Assembly: GCA_964521285.1 (NCBI GenBank)
Contig: CAZFQS010000003.1
Span: 9,749 to 73,748 of the forward strand
Direction: 5' to 3'
DNA from: an uncultured Bacteroidales bacterium
Lineage (GTDB): Bacteria > Bacteroidota > Bacteroidia > Bacteroidales > UBA10428
Length of the DNA: 64,000 nucleotides
This document shows, one piece after another, positions 45,443 through 56,543 of this stretch. The notes under the pieces were generated by a model, which worked only from the letters and a program-made list of their open reading frames with translations, did not search any database and had not been told where the DNA came from. The position numbers and the translations under genes are program-made. The stretch's first letter is position 1; every line of letters starts with the position of its first letter.

Positions 45443-48070
45443 TTACTTTTTTATATAGCCAACGGCTTTTTTAATAGCTTTGTCTATTCCTCCGGGATTA
45501 TTACCCCCTGCAGTAGCAAAGAATGGTTGTCCCCCTCCGCCCCCGTCAATTTCCTTTGCTATGTCCTTAATTATTAGTGAGGCGTCAAGGTTTTTATCTT
45601 TTACAAGATTATCAGATATCATGATAGTCAGATTGGCTTTGCCATCCAGATTTGCACCAATTACCATAAATAAATTTTCAACCTTCCGTTTAACCTGAAA
45701 AGCAAGATCCCTTATAGCTTCTGCTGAATCAATATCTATTTTTTCGGCAATCAGGTTTGCATCTTTTACTTTTCTAATTTTATTTATTAACTCGGACTTA
45801 AGATTTCTGACTTTTGTTCTTTTGAACTGTTCTATATGCTTCTGAAGTGATGTATTTTCATCTATCAGGTTCTTAACCGATTTTTCCAAATCCTGCGGGC
45901 TCTTTAAAAGCTCATTCAATCTCTTTATAATTTTTGATTGTTTATTAATATACTCTTCAGCCTTTGCTCCTGATATTGCCTCAATTCTTCTTATACCTGC
46001 AGCAATTGCACTTTCAGAGATAATTTTAAAAAATCCTATTTGTCCAGTAGATTCCACATGAGTACCCCCGCATAATTCAACAGAATCGGAAAATTTAATA
46101 ACACGTACAATATCATCATATTTTTCTCCAAAAAGAGCTATAGCTCCTGCCTTCTTCGCTTCTTTCAGGGGAACGGACCTGTTTTCTTCTTTATGTATAT
46201 TTTCTCTTATTTTCTCATTTACCACAGCCTCTATTTTTGATAGTTCCTCATCTGATATCTTTTGATAATGGGAAAAGTCAAATCGCAGATAATCGGGATG
46301 AACCAGGGATCCTTTTTGTTCAACATGGGGACCAAGCACTCTTTGTAAAGCATAATGAAGTAAATGGGTAGCGGTATGATTATTAGCAGTATCAATCCTG
46401 CTTTTAATGTTAACGACGGCTTTGAATGATGAACGCGGACTAGCAGGTAACTTTTCTGTAATATGAATAATAAGATTATTTTCCTTAATAGTATTTAGTA
46501 TTTTTATCTTTTCTTTATTATCATCAATATATCCTGAATCGCCCACCTGTCCGCCACTTTCTGCATAAAAAGGCGTACGGTTAAATACCAGGTGATATAA
46601 CTCCTTATTTCTTGTTTTAACTTTCCTGTACCTGGTTATTTTAATTTCAGCCTCAAGATAATCGTAACCTATAAACTCTTCTTTTTCATCTTCTGAACCA
46701 TTAATAAAACTCCACTCTTCTGTTTCTAAAGTTCCAGCGTTTTTTGAGCGTTCTTTTTGTTTGATCATTTCTATTTCAAATTCTTTTCTGTTTACATTAA
46801 GATCATGCTCTTTAAGAATTAATTCTGTGAGATCTAACGGGAATCCGTATGTGTCATATAATTCAAAGGCAATTTCACCGGATATTACCTTATTTTTCCC
46901 TGATTTTGCGGTTGAAATTATTTGATCCAAAAGTCTGATTCCTGTCTCAAGAGTCCTTAAAAATGATAGCTCTTCCTCTTTTATTACTGTTTCAATAAGC
47001 TGTTGTTGAGCCTTAATTTCAGCAAAGGTACTACCCATAGTTTTTATGAGCACAGGTACAAGTTTATATATCAACGGTTCCTTCTGGCTAAGGAAAGTAA
47101 AGTAGTATCGCACAGCCCTTCGTAAAATTCTCCTTATAACATATCCTGCTTTAACATTCGAAGGTAACTGACCATCAGCAATTGCAAAAGAAATTGCCCT
47201 AAGGTGATCAGCAACTACCCTCATTGCGATATCAGACTTTTTTGAATCACCGTAATTTATTTTACATAACCTGGAAAGTTCTTCAATTATCGGTCGGAAT
47301 ATATCTGTATCATAATTTGAAGTCTTCTCCTGCATAACCATACATAACCTCTCAAATCCCATTCCTGTATCGACATGCTTCTTTGAGAGTGGTACTAATG
47401 TGCCGGCAGCTTTGCGATTGAACTGAATAAATACTAAATTCCATATCTCTATAACCTCGGGATGTTCTTTATTAATAAGATTTACTCCCTCATTTATTTT
47501 TCTTTCCTTTTCTGATCTAAGATCAATATGTATTTCGGAACAGGGGCCACAAGGACCAATATCTCCCATTTCCCAGAAATTATCTTTTTTTGAGCCAAAC
47601 AGTATTCTGTCATTATTCATAAATTCACTCCAGTAATTGAATGCTTCCTCATCCCTTTCAATATTGTCATCTTTGCTGCCTTCAAAAACGGTTGCATATA
47701 ACCTGTCTTTTTCAATTTTTAGTTCATCTGTCAGAAATTCCCATGCCCATGCTATAGCTTCCTTTTTAAAATAATCACCAAACGACCAGTTACCTAACAT
47801 TTCAAACATCGTATGATGATATGTGTCATGCCCAACTTCTTCAAGATCGTTATGTTTACCCGATACCCTGAGGCACTTTTGAGTATTGACAATTCTTTTA
47901 TGGTTAACCGGAGAATTACCGAGAAAGATATTCTTAAACTGATTCATCCCCGCATTTGTAAACATTAAGGTAGGATCATTTTTAACTACCATAGGTGCGG
48001 AAGGCACAACAATATGTCCCTTCAAACTGAAAAAATCAAGAAATCTCTGACGAACATTAGACGAATTCAT
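45443..48070 (-). CDS. alaS: alanine--tRNA ligase
   Basis: 875 aa. FTNAGMNQFK, class II core, HTATHLLH editing-domain motif, C-terminal DHHA1-like GGGG. Confidence 0.95.
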   Translation of the reverse strand: MNSSNVRQRFLDFFSLKGHIVVPSAPMVVKNDPTLMFTNAGMNQFKNIFLGNSPVNHKRIVNTQKCLRVSGKHNDLEEVGHDTYHHTMFEMLGNWSFGDYFKKEAIAWAWEFLTDELKIEKDRLYATVFEGSKDDNIERDEEAFNYWSEFMNNDRILFGSKKDNFWEMGDIGPCGPCSEIHIDLRSEKERKINEGVNLINKEHPEVIEIWNLVFIQFNRKAAGTLVPLSKKHVDTGMGFERLCMVMQEKTSNYDTDIFRPIIEELSRLCKINYGDSKKSDIAMRVVADHLRAISFAIADGQLPSNVKAGYVIRRILRRAVRYYFTFLSQKEPLIYKLVPVLIKTMGSTFAEIKAQQQLIETVIKEEELSFLRTLETGIRLLDQIISTAKSGKNKVISGEIAFELYDTYGFPLDLTELILKEHDLNVNRKEFEIEMIKQKERSKNAGTLETEEWSFINGSEDEKEEFIGYDYLEAEIKITRYRKVKTRNKELYHLVFNRTPFYAESGGQVGDSGYIDDNKEKIKILNTIKENNLIIHITEKLPASPRSSFKAVVNIKSRIDTANNHTATHLLHYALQRVLGPHVEQKGSLVHPDYLRFDFSHYQKISDEELSKIEAVVNEKIRENIHKEENRSVPLKEAKKAGAIALFGEKYDDIVRVIKFSDSVELCGGTHVESTGQIGFFKIISESAIAAGIRRIEAISGAKAEEYINKQSKIIKRLNELLKSPQDLEKSVKNLIDENTSLQKHIEQFKRTKVRNLKSELINKIRKVKDANLIAEKIDIDSAEAIRDLAFQVKRKVENLFMVIGANLDGKANLTIMISDNLVKDKNLDASLIIKDIAKEIDGGGGGQPFFATAGGNNPGGIDKAIKKAVGYIKK

Positions 48071-48209
48071 TTGAAATAAAAAAAATTTTTGACAAAAAAT
48101 ATTAACAATTAATCAACAATCTTCTCTCAAATGGCTTGTAAATTTAAATTTTTTCTTATAGATTTGTTGGTATCAGTACTAAATTATTACTTAACAATAT
48201 TGATAGCAC

Positions 48210-49169
48210 TTGGGCAAAAACAGTAAAAGATATAAATATAATTATAATAGTTTAACATTTGAAACAATAAATATTAGTCCAGGTAAAAAGATTTTTATAT
48301 CCCTGGTTTTTATATTTACTATCTGTCTTGCTAGCATAATTGGCTATATAGCAATAAATTCCATAGGATCTCCAAAAGAATTTTTATTAAAGAAAAAAAC
48401 TAAAGAATTAAATAATCTAATTGAATATTTAAATTATCAATTAGATAGCATTAGCAATGTGTTATCAGAAAGTCACTTTAAGAATGATAATTTATACAGG
48501 ACGATACTCGAAATTGACACCATTCCGAAATCAATTAGAGATGCCGGTATTGGAGGTTCCAAAGAATCTGAAAAAGTAGTAAATCCCAGTAAAGCCGGAT
48601 TAATACTAGTTACAGCACAAAAAATTGATAAACTGTACAGGCAAATGAATATGCAGGCTGAATCTTATGAATATTTACAGATTAAGGCAGATGAAAAAAT
48701 AAAAAGAATTGAATGTATACCTTCCATTCTACCTCTCTCAGTAGGAGATTTAACCTTCATTAGCTCATATTTTGGTACCAGAATTGATCCTTTCTATAAC
48801 CAACAGAAACCGCACTTCGGATTAGATTTTGTCGCCCCAAAAGGAACAAAAATTTATACAACAGGCGATGGAATTGTAACTTTATCAAAATTTTCTCGTA
48901 AAGGCTATGGGAATGAGATAATTATTGATCATTCTTTCGGATATAGTACACGTTATGCACATTTAGATGAAATTTTTATTAAAGAAGGAGAAAAAGTGAA
49001 AAGAGGACAATTAATAGGTACATTAGGCAATACAGGACGATCAACTGGACCCCATCTCCATTATGAAATAAGGCATAATAATAAGCCTATTAATCCTATT
49101 TATTACTACTCGGATGAAATATCTAGTGAAGAATACGAAAGAATGTTGAATAATATTAATTTCCGGTAA
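48210..49169 (+). CDS. M23 family metallopeptidase (membrane-anchored)
   Basis: HFGLDF, GNTGRSTGPHLHYEI. TTG start as given by the ORF track. Confidence 0.8.
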   Translation: MGKNSKRYKYNYNSLTFETINISPGKKIFISLVFIFTICLASIIGYIAINSIGSPKEFLLKKKTKELNNLIEYLNYQLDSISNVLSESHFKNDNLYRTILEIDTIPKSIRDAGIGGSKESEKVVNPSKAGLILVTAQKIDKLYRQMNMQAESYEYLQIKADEKIKRIECIPSILPLSVGDLTFISSYFGTRIDPFYNQQKPHFGLDFVAPKGTKIYTTGDGIVTLSKFSRKGYGNEIIIDHSFGYSTRYAHLDEIFIKEGEKVKRGQLIGTLGNTGRSTGPHLHYEIRHNNKPINPIYYYSDEISSEEYERMLNNINFR

Positions 49170-49197
49170 TCGATTAAGTTAATTAAACATTGCTGCT

Positions 49198-50166
49198 ATG
49201 CCAAAGAGTAAATACAAGTTTAATCCCGAGTCGCTGAGTTATCTTAAGATTGAGAAATCTTTAAAACAAAAAATTCTGATTGCCATCGGATATTTCTTTG
49301 TGTTTGTCTTTATAGGAGTTATTGGTTATGGTATTATAAGTTCATTTCACGATACTCCAAAAGTTAAAGGTCTTAAGCGACAGATTAGTCTGTTAAAAAC
49401 CAATTATGAAACATTTAATAAGGATCTGAATAATGTTGAATCTCTTCTTGAGTACTTGCAGGAACGTGATGATAATATTTACAGGACTATTTTCGAAGCA
49501 GAACCAATTCATAAATCAGTACGTAATGCTGGTTTTGGCGGAAGCAACAGATACAGTAGTCTCGAACTAACAGATGCAGAAATAGTTGTTCAGACAGCAA
49601 AGAGACTGGATAAAATCAGGAAAAAAATGTATGTTCAGTCAGTATCTTATGATGAACTTATTGATCTGGCAACAAATAAGGAAAAGATGGTAGCTTCCGT
49701 TCCGGCAATCCAGCCCATCGCCAATAAAGATTTAACCCGCACGGCTTCAGGCTGGGGATATAGAATTCATCCGATATATAAGATAAGAAAGTTCCATTAT
49801 GGCATGGATTTCACTGCTCCAACAGGTGCTGAAGTATATTCTACAGGAGACGGAACAATTGAAATAGTCCAGTCTTCAAAGCGCGGATATGGCAATAAGA
49901 TAGTTGTTAATCATGGATTTGGATATAAAACACTGTATGCACATTTAAGTGGTTTTAATGTAGAGGTCGGCCAAAAGGTAAAAAGAGGTGATGTAATTGG
50001 CTATGTTGGTAATACCGGTCTGTCTACAGCGCCACACCTGCATTATGAAGTTCACTTAAATAATAAAAAAGTGAATCCTATAAATTATTACTTTAATGAT
50101 CTGTCTGCAAGTGAATATGATAGAATGATTGAACTATCAACAAAATTTGGAAAGTCATTTGATTAG
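49198..50166 (+). CDS. M23 family metallopeptidase (paralog of the preceding gene)
   Basis: HYGMDF, GNTGLSTAPHLHYEV. Same architecture as 48210-49169. Confidence 0.85.
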   Translation: MPKSKYKFNPESLSYLKIEKSLKQKILIAIGYFFVFVFIGVIGYGIISSFHDTPKVKGLKRQISLLKTNYETFNKDLNNVESLLEYLQERDDNIYRTIFEAEPIHKSVRNAGFGGSNRYSSLELTDAEIVVQTAKRLDKIRKKMYVQSVSYDELIDLATNKEKMVASVPAIQPIANKDLTRTASGWGYRIHPIYKIRKFHYGMDFTAPTGAEVYSTGDGTIEIVQSSKRGYGNKIVVNHGFGYKTLYAHLSGFNVEVGQKVKRGDVIGYVGNTGLSTAPHLHYEVHLNNKKVNPINYYFNDLSASEYDRMIELSTKFGKSFD

Positions 50167-50195
50167 AAAACATAAACCCCACTACTTATAACAAG

Positions 50196-50229
50196 AAAAA
50201 GCTGCCTCAAAAGGACAGCTTTTTTTTTA
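50196..50229 (+). terminator. rho-independent terminator
   Basis: Stem AGCTGCC/GGACAGCT with a 6-nt loop, followed by T9. Confidence 0.7.
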
Positions 50230-50274
50230 TATATTAGTATTTTTATCAAACCCATGCATTCAAATTTAAAAATT

Positions 50275-51591
50275 ATGAAACATACGGTTCTTACATTTAG
50301 TTATATAGTATTTTGCTATTCACTTTTTGCACAGGATTTAGAAGTCCAGCGTATTTTAATAGGCACCAAATCCATGCCTGATACGTCGGAAGTAAGATTA
50401 ACACTTACAGCACGAATACAATCTTATAATTCATATGTAAAGAATAACAATGATATATATGACAGTAGCATTGGGTCGCCTAAATCTGTGATAATATTAG
50501 AAGAAAAGAATAAATTCTATATTAATAACCTGGAAAATAAAGCAACTACTGTATATGACTTAGCTAACTTTAGTATGCTAAAGAACATTAAACATAAATT
50601 CACAAAAGAAAATTCATTCTTATTTAAAGACACATCACTGTTTGATTATAAATTTCACACCAGAAATAGCCAGTTTAATATTTTTCAGGGTAAACCGGTA
50701 GAGGGATGTTTATCTCATAATAAAAAATATTTATGGGTAACATATTATAGACGAACATATGATATGAATGCTGTTGATCCATCAGCATTAGCTATTATTG
50801 ATACCGACAAAGATGAAATAGTAAGGGTAATGCCAACAGGCCCTCTTCCCAAAATGATTGCATGTTCGCCCGACAACAGATATATAGCAGTAACTCACTG
50901 GGGAGACAATTCCGTAGGGATAATTGATATTAGCAGTAATGATGTTAATAGTTTTAAGTACATCAAATTATTTGAAGTAGGAAAACGACGCAGTCTGACA
51001 TACGATAACACGACTAAAATAGACCGGGACAAGGATTGCGGATATTGTCTTAGAGGTACTGTATTTTCTCCTGACAGTAAATATTTACTGGTAGCCAGAA
51101 TGGGAGGTGGTGGTATCGCCGTTTTTGACATGACTGGTATGAAATATATCAGAAGTGTATTTGGGATGCAGACAAATATCAGACACCTTACTGTGCTTGG
51201 TGATCAATTGTATATAAGTACAAACATCACCGGTTACGTGCAAATAACAAATGTTTATGACTTAATTGATACTGCTATAAATTCAAAATCAGATTATACA
51301 AACTGGAAAAGCAGATATGTCGGAAAAGGTATCAGGACTATCGCTGTTTCAGGAGACAGCAAATATATTTTTGCAGCTGTTAATAATGAAAGCAAAGTAT
51401 CAGTAATAAGAGCCGCTGACATGAGCATTATATCAACTATAAATGTAGATTCTTTCCCTGTCGGTATGGATATTGCTAATAAAAACTCAAGGTTGATAGT
51501 AACTTCACAAGGAAGAATTTCATCCGGGGGTGGACAATCAGTAATGATATTTAAAATTGAAAAGGGGACCGAGAAGGGGACAGCGCCCTGA
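50275..51591 (+). CDS. secreted beta-propeller-like protein (YncE/YVTN-like repeats)
   Basis: Signal peptide. Recurrent SPD(N/S)(R/K)Y(I/L) and GD(S)KYIF blades. Confidence 0.5.
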   Translation: MKHTVLTFSYIVFCYSLFAQDLEVQRILIGTKSMPDTSEVRLTLTARIQSYNSYVKNNNDIYDSSIGSPKSVIILEEKNKFYINNLENKATTVYDLANFSMLKNIKHKFTKENSFLFKDTSLFDYKFHTRNSQFNIFQGKPVEGCLSHNKKYLWVTYYRRTYDMNAVDPSALAIIDTDKDEIVRVMPTGPLPKMIACSPDNRYIAVTHWGDNSVGIIDISSNDVNSFKYIKLFEVGKRRSLTYDNTTKIDRDKDCGYCLRGTVFSPDSKYLLVARMGGGGIAVFDMTGMKYIRSVFGMQTNIRHLTVLGDQLYISTNITGYVQITNVYDLIDTAINSKSDYTNWKSRYVGKGIRTIAVSGDSKYIFAAVNNESKVSVIRAADMSIISTINVDSFPVGMDIANKNSRLIVTSQGRISSGGGQSVMIFKIEKGTEKGTAP

Positions 51592-51688
51592 GATAGTTAT
51601 TTTTATTGTTTAGGTAATTATTTATAAAGTATTGGTTTATTTTTATTTATTTATTAAATTAGATACTGATTTATAATTACCTTTTTTT

Positions 51689-52024
51689 ATGCCTTACAAA
51701 GAAAAGAAAGTCGAAAAATTATACTATTCAATAGGAGAGGTTGCCAAAATATTTGATGTCAATACTTCATTAATCAGATTCTGGGAAAAAGAATTTGATG
51801 TTATAAAACCAAAAAAGAATAAGAAAGGAAACAGGTTTTTTACGAAACAAGATATAGACAATTTTCATCTTATTTATCATCTCGTCAAAGAAAGGGGAAT
51901 GACACTGCAGGGGGCCAAGAAAAAACTTAAAGAAAACAAAGAAGATACTCTTAATAACTTTGAAATAGTTAAGTCTCTGAGTGAAATTAAGAATCTCCTT
52001 TTAGAAATTAAAGACTCTCTATAA
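51689..52024 (+). CDS. MerR family transcriptional regulator
   Basis: YSIGEVAKIFDVNTSLIRFWEKEF HTH. Confidence 0.8.
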   Translation: MPYKEKKVEKLYYSIGEVAKIFDVNTSLIRFWEKEFDVIKPKKNKKGNRFFTKQDIDNFHLIYHLVKERGMTLQGAKKKLKENKEDTLNNFEIVKSLSEIKNLLLEIKDSL

Positions 52025-52100
52025 TTCCAGTTCTTTAAAGAATAATTTGGAATATCTTTATATTCTTTATTTAGTAAAAGCATTAAACAGTTTATAAGAC

Positions 52101-53195
52101 ATGAAATTATCTGAAATAGTCTCTGTAATAGAGTCATTTGCACCATTGGCTTACCAGGATAGCTATGATAATGCAGGATTAATTACAGGGGACACTTCCA
52201 GGGATATTAAAAAAGCACTAATAACTATTGATATAACAGAAGAAGTTATTGATGAAGCCATAAATGTTGATGCAGAGTTAATTATATCTCATCATCCTGT
52301 TATTTTTAATGAAATTAAAAAGATCACAGGCAGCACATATACAGGAAGAATTATAATAAAAGCAATTAAAAATGATCTTGCTATTTATTCTGCTCATACC
52401 AACCTCGATAATATAAAAGAAGGAGTTAATCTGATAATATGTCAGAAACTTGGCCTTACTAATCCCAGAATTCTTTGTCCAATTAAAGGTGAGTTAAGAA
52501 AGCTTGTTACATTTGTTCCTCTGGATCATGCTGACAATGTAAGATCAGCATTATTCAGTGCAGGAACAGGACAAATAGGTGAATACGAACAATGTAGTTA
52601 TAATCTTGAAGGTATGGGCACATTCAAGGGGTCAGAATATACAAATCCTTACACCGGACAAAAAGGTAAACTACATTTTGAGAAAGAAGTTAGAATAGAA
52701 ACCATTTTTCCAAAAGTAATAGAACCGAAAGTAATTTCAGCTATGATTGCCGCTCATCCATATGAAGAAGTTGCTTATGATATCTATCCTCTTGATAATC
52801 CTTATGATAAAGCTGGAATGGGAATGATAGGTGAGCTGGAAATAGAAATGGATGAATTGTCCTTTTTAAGAAAAATAAAGTCAGTATTTAATACAAAAGT
52901 TATAAAGCATACCAAATTAAGAAATAAGAATATTAAGAAAGTTGCTGTTTGTGGCGGAAGCGGTTCAAAGCTTATAAAAGATGCTATTAAGGCTGAAGCA
53001 GATATATTTATTTCCGGAGATATAAAATACCATCAATTCTTTGAAGCTTCTGACAAAATTATCATTGCTGATATCGGACATTATGAAAGTGAACAATTCA
53101 CAAAAGAAATTTTTTATGAATTACTTAAGAAAAAATTACCTAAATTTGCGCTTCATTTATCTGAATTTAATACAGATCCAATAAAATATTTTTAA
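52101..53195 (+). CDS. Nif3-like dinuclear metal centre protein (GTP cyclohydrolase 1 type 2 homolog)
   Basis: DNAGL, ISHHP, YSAHTNLD, GDIKYH..IGHYESE. Confidence 0.85.
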   Translation: MKLSEIVSVIESFAPLAYQDSYDNAGLITGDTSRDIKKALITIDITEEVIDEAINVDAELIISHHPVIFNEIKKITGSTYTGRIIIKAIKNDLAIYSAHTNLDNIKEGVNLIICQKLGLTNPRILCPIKGELRKLVTFVPLDHADNVRSALFSAGTGQIGEYEQCSYNLEGMGTFKGSEYTNPYTGQKGKLHFEKEVRIETIFPKVIEPKVISAMIAAHPYEEVAYDIYPLDNPYDKAGMGMIGELEIEMDELSFLRKIKSVFNTKVIKHTKLRNKNIKKVAVCGGSGSKLIKDAIKAEADIFISGDIKYHQFFEASDKIIIADIGHYESEQFTKEIFYELLKKKLPKFALHLSEFNTDPIKYF

Positions 53196-53200
53196 TAATT

Positions 53201-53968
53201 ATGGAAGTAAAAACCAAGACGACTGAAAAAACTGATCTCTCTGTAGAAGAAAAACTAAAAGCCTTATACAGTCTTCAAAAAGTGAATTCAGAAGTCGATA
53301 AAATCAGAACTCTCAGGGGAGAGTTGCCGCTTGAAGTACAGGACCTCGAAGATGAAATTGCCGGATTGCAAACCCGCGTAGAAAAATATCAGGACGAAGT
53401 GAAGAATTTGGAATCTGCAGTCTCAACCAAGAAAAATGAAATTGCTGAAGCCAATTCTTTAATAGCCAAATATAAAGAACAACAGAACAATGTTCGAAAT
53501 AACAGGGAATTTGAATCGCTTGCAAAAGAAATAGAATATCAAACCCTGGAAATTGAACTGTGTGAGAAAAGGATTAAGGAATATACTAACCAGTCAAAAG
53601 AAAAGAACGATATTATAGAAGAATCAAGAAAGACCCTGGATGAAAGAACGGATGACTTAAATGATAAAAAATCTGAACTTGATGAAATCATAAAAGATAC
53701 AGAAAAGGAAGAAGAATTATTATTAAAAAAGAGGCAGGACTATGAAGCTATTATCGAAGAACGACTTTTAACCGCCTATAAAAAAATCAGAAAGAACGCA
53801 AGAAATGGCCTTGCGGTTGTAACTGTTGAAAGAGATGCCTGCGGCGGATGTTTTAATAAAATTCCTCCCCAGAGACAACTTGATATACGTTCGAGAAAAA
53901 AAATCATTGTATGTGAATATTGTGGCAGGATATTAGTTGATACCGATCTATCGGCCGAAGAAAATTAA
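53201..53968 (+). CDS. coiled-coil C4 zinc-ribbon protein (COG1579/DUF164-type, usual Nif3 neighbour)
   Basis: Long coiled coil, then CGGC...CEYCGRIL. Confidence 0.75.
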   Translation: MEVKTKTTEKTDLSVEEKLKALYSLQKVNSEVDKIRTLRGELPLEVQDLEDEIAGLQTRVEKYQDEVKNLESAVSTKKNEIAEANSLIAKYKEQQNNVRNNREFESLAKEIEYQTLEIELCEKRIKEYTNQSKEKNDIIEESRKTLDERTDDLNDKKSELDEIIKDTEKEEELLLKKRQDYEAIIEERLLTAYKKIRKNARNGLAVVTVERDACGGCFNKIPPQRQLDIRSRKKIIVCEYCGRILVDTDLSAEEN

Positions 53969-53997
53969 TAACAGGAAAATAAAAACAACTGCTTTTC

Positions 53998-54030
53998 AGA
54001 ACTGTCATATACATGGCAGTTCTTTTTTTT
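53998..54030 (+). terminator. rho-independent terminator
   Basis: Stem AGAACTGTC/GGCAGTTCT with an 8-nt loop, followed by T8. Confidence 0.7.
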
Positions 54031-54044
54031 CAATTAAAAGTATT

Positions 54045-55220
54045 TTATTTTAAATAGTCCCCTGGATTGATTATAAAATTTTTAAAAAACTGACTTTCAG
54101 ATATATTCTTTAATAATCCCTTTGTATCATTATAAAACCTGGTTATCTTATATTTATCATGATCCGAAAAATTAAAAAAGCTCTCATTTTCATAATAAAG
54201 CATTACAGGAGTTATATAAAAAATGAAATTATCTTTATTGTCTTCCCTGTATACCCAGGTTGGTAAATATCTATAATCAAAAATATTGGTTCCTGCAGAC
54301 GTTTTTGCCAGTATTAATTCAAAAATTATTCCTCCATCTCTAAATTGTTCTCTTTGATTGGAAACAAAATTTCCAAGTGAATAAACAATTACGTTAAATC
54401 CTGAAGAATCTGAGTCATTGGGATAATAAATTTCAACTGGCTGAACAACATGCGGATGCGAACCAATTATGACATCAGCACCCTTATCCAGCATATATCT
54501 GGCCAGATTTTGCTGAAATTCATTTTCCTGTCTTTCATATTCAATACCCCAGTGCATAATTACAACTATGTAATCAGGTTCAGCTGATTTAGCTTTTATC
54601 AGATCCTGCCTGATTAATATAGTATCAATTCTATTTACTATACATGGAGTATCTGCTTTAAGGCTGTTTGTGCCGTATGTATAATTAAGAAGGGCAATTC
54701 TTATATTATTCTTTTCAAAAATTAAGGGATAATTCAAATCCCTTTCTTCTGTATTTCTGAATGTGCCTGTATGAATTATGTTAAGTGAGTCAAGTAAATC
54801 AAGTGTTCTTATAAATCCGCTTTTACTCCTGTCAAGAGCATGATTATTGGCATTAACCAATATATCGAATCCTGCACTTTCAGCTTTAACTGCCAGGTTA
54901 TCTGGACTTGAAAATCGCGGATACCCTTTATAAGGGGGACCTGCAAATGTAACTTCCAGATTACAAACAGCAATATCAGCATTCTTAATATAAGGTTTAA
55001 CATATCTGAAAGTTGATTCATAATCATATTCTTTTGTTTCCGGATTATAAGCTCCCAGTATCTGGGCATCATGACCCATAATATCTCCGGCAAAGACAAT
55101 TTTAATAAAAGAGGTATCTGAAGAAAATTCTTCGGAATAAGCCTGTAATATCAGAATAAGTAATATTGCTATAGCAAAAATTATCCTTTTAAAAAATATA
55201 TATTGATTAGATAAAATCAA
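54045..55220 (-). CDS. CapA family (PGA_cap metallophosphatase-like) protein
   Basis: FAGDIMGHD, CNLE, ANNHALD, HWGIEY, GSHPHV. Confidence 0.75.
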   Translation of the reverse strand: MILSNQYIFFKRIIFAIAILLILILQAYSEEFSSDTSFIKIVFAGDIMGHDAQILGAYNPETKEYDYESTFRYVKPYIKNADIAVCNLEVTFAGPPYKGYPRFSSPDNLAVKAESAGFDILVNANNHALDRSKSGFIRTLDLLDSLNIIHTGTFRNTEERDLNYPLIFEKNNIRIALLNYTYGTNSLKADTPCIVNRIDTILIRQDLIKAKSAEPDYIVVIMHWGIEYERQENEFQQNLARYMLDKGADVIIGSHPHVVQPVEIYYPNDSDSSGFNVIVYSLGNFVSNQREQFRDGGIIFELILAKTSAGTNIFDYRYLPTWVYREDNKDNFIFYITPVMLYYENESFFNFSDHDKYKITRFYNDTKGLLKNISESQFFKNFIINPGDYLK

Positions 55221-55250
55221 ATTAAGATTAGTTATTCATTGATACTATAT

Positions 55251-56033
55251 TTACCAGCTTCCTCCTGCTCCTCCTCCTCCAAAGCTACCGCCTCCGAAAC
55301 CTCCAAAGCCGCCGCCTCCTGATGAGAAGCTACCAAAGCTACCTCCGGATGATCGACCTGACGAACCAAGCATTGATAAAGCTATCCAGAATGGTATACT
55401 GTGACCTATTGATTGATGACGTCTTGTTCGGGCCCTGCCGAAAAATATCAGGAAAAATATAAAAAAGAAGATGAGCGCTATAATCGAAGGTGCATTTTCT
55501 TTCCTGGATTGTTCATTATAATCTTCGGCAGTAAATTCTCCTTTTGTAAGTGATATTAATACATTAGTTGCAGAATTCAGTCCGGCATAATAATTATTTG
55601 TTTTGAACTCCGGTATCATCTCATTATCAATAATTCTATCTGCTATTGCATCCGGGACTACCGCTTCCAGTCCATATCCCATGGCAATAAATGCCTGTCC
55701 CCGTGAAGATGGTGTTTTGGGTTTTACCATAATTACTATTCCATTGTCTTTACCCTTTTGGCCAACGCCCCACTTCTCTGCCAGCCTGATGGTAAAGTCT
55801 GCCCTGTCATATCCATGAAGATCATTAACAATAACGATAGCTATCTGAGTTGAGGTCTGCCTGTTAAAATCAACCAGTTTTTTCTCGAGATTTAGAACTT
55901 CTTCACTACCCAGTATTTTCGCAAAATCATTTACAAGTCTGGGCGGACTAGGCCGTTCAGGAATATCATTTGCAGAAAGGTATAAATTAAATGAAATGAG
56001 TATTAAAAATAAAGCATAACTATATTTATTCAT
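55251..56033 (-). CDS. TPM domain-containing protein with TM segment and Gly-rich tail (YgcG-like)
   Basis: VNDFAKILG..., QIAIVIV, C-terminal GGGGFGGFGGGSFGGGGAGG. Confidence 0.8.
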   Translation of the reverse strand: MNKYSYALFLILISFNLYLSANDIPERPSPPRLVNDFAKILGSEEVLNLEKKLVDFNRQTSTQIAIVIVNDLHGYDRADFTIRLAEKWGVGQKGKDNGIVIMVKPKTPSSRGQAFIAMGYGLEAVVPDAIADRIIDNEMIPEFKTNNYYAGLNSATNVLISLTKGEFTAEDYNEQSRKENAPSIIALIFFFIFFLIFFGRARTRRHQSIGHSIPFWIALSMLGSSGRSSGGSFGSFSSGGGGFGGFGGGSFGGGGAGGSW

Positions 56034-56076
56034 TGGAAAAGGTTTTTTAAAATTAAGTTAGCAATTTATCTATTAA

Positions 56077-56532
56077 TTAGATAGGATCATATCCATTCTG
56101 ACCAAATGAAATGTCGTCAGACAATTCATTTATATCATCCTTCTTATAAGGGAAATGTGTTTTTAATTTTTCACCTGCCATTTTAATCCCTGAAATAAGT
56201 CCTTCAGTGAATTTATTTTCTTTGAAATAGCCTGACATTGTTTCCTTAATATTTTCCCAGAAATTGGCCGGAGTAACCTTATTTATTCCTGCATCACCAA
56301 GTATCGCAAATTTTCTATTGTTTACTGCAAGATAAAACAATACGCCGTTTCTTTGTTCTGTATTATGCATTGCCAGTTTTTCAAAAACATATGCAGCACG
56401 GTCCAGTACATTATCTGCGCATACTCCTTCTATATGTACTCTGATTTCCCCCGATGTATTTAATTCTGCCTCAGCAATAGCCTTTTTTATTGATTCTTTT
56501 TCCTCTTCAGTAAAAAATTTTGAAGGTTTCAT
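56077..56532 (-). CDS. TPM domain-containing protein
   Basis: SGEIRVHIE...NGVLFYLAVNNRKFAILGD. Confidence 0.75.
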   Translation of the reverse strand: MKPSKFFTEEEKESIKKAIAEAELNTSGEIRVHIEGVCADNVLDRAAYVFEKLAMHNTEQRNGVLFYLAVNNRKFAILGDAGINKVTPANFWENIKETMSGYFKENKFTEGLISGIKMAGEKLKTHFPYKKDDINELSDDISFGQNGYDPI

Positions 56533-56543
56533 TATATGTCAAT

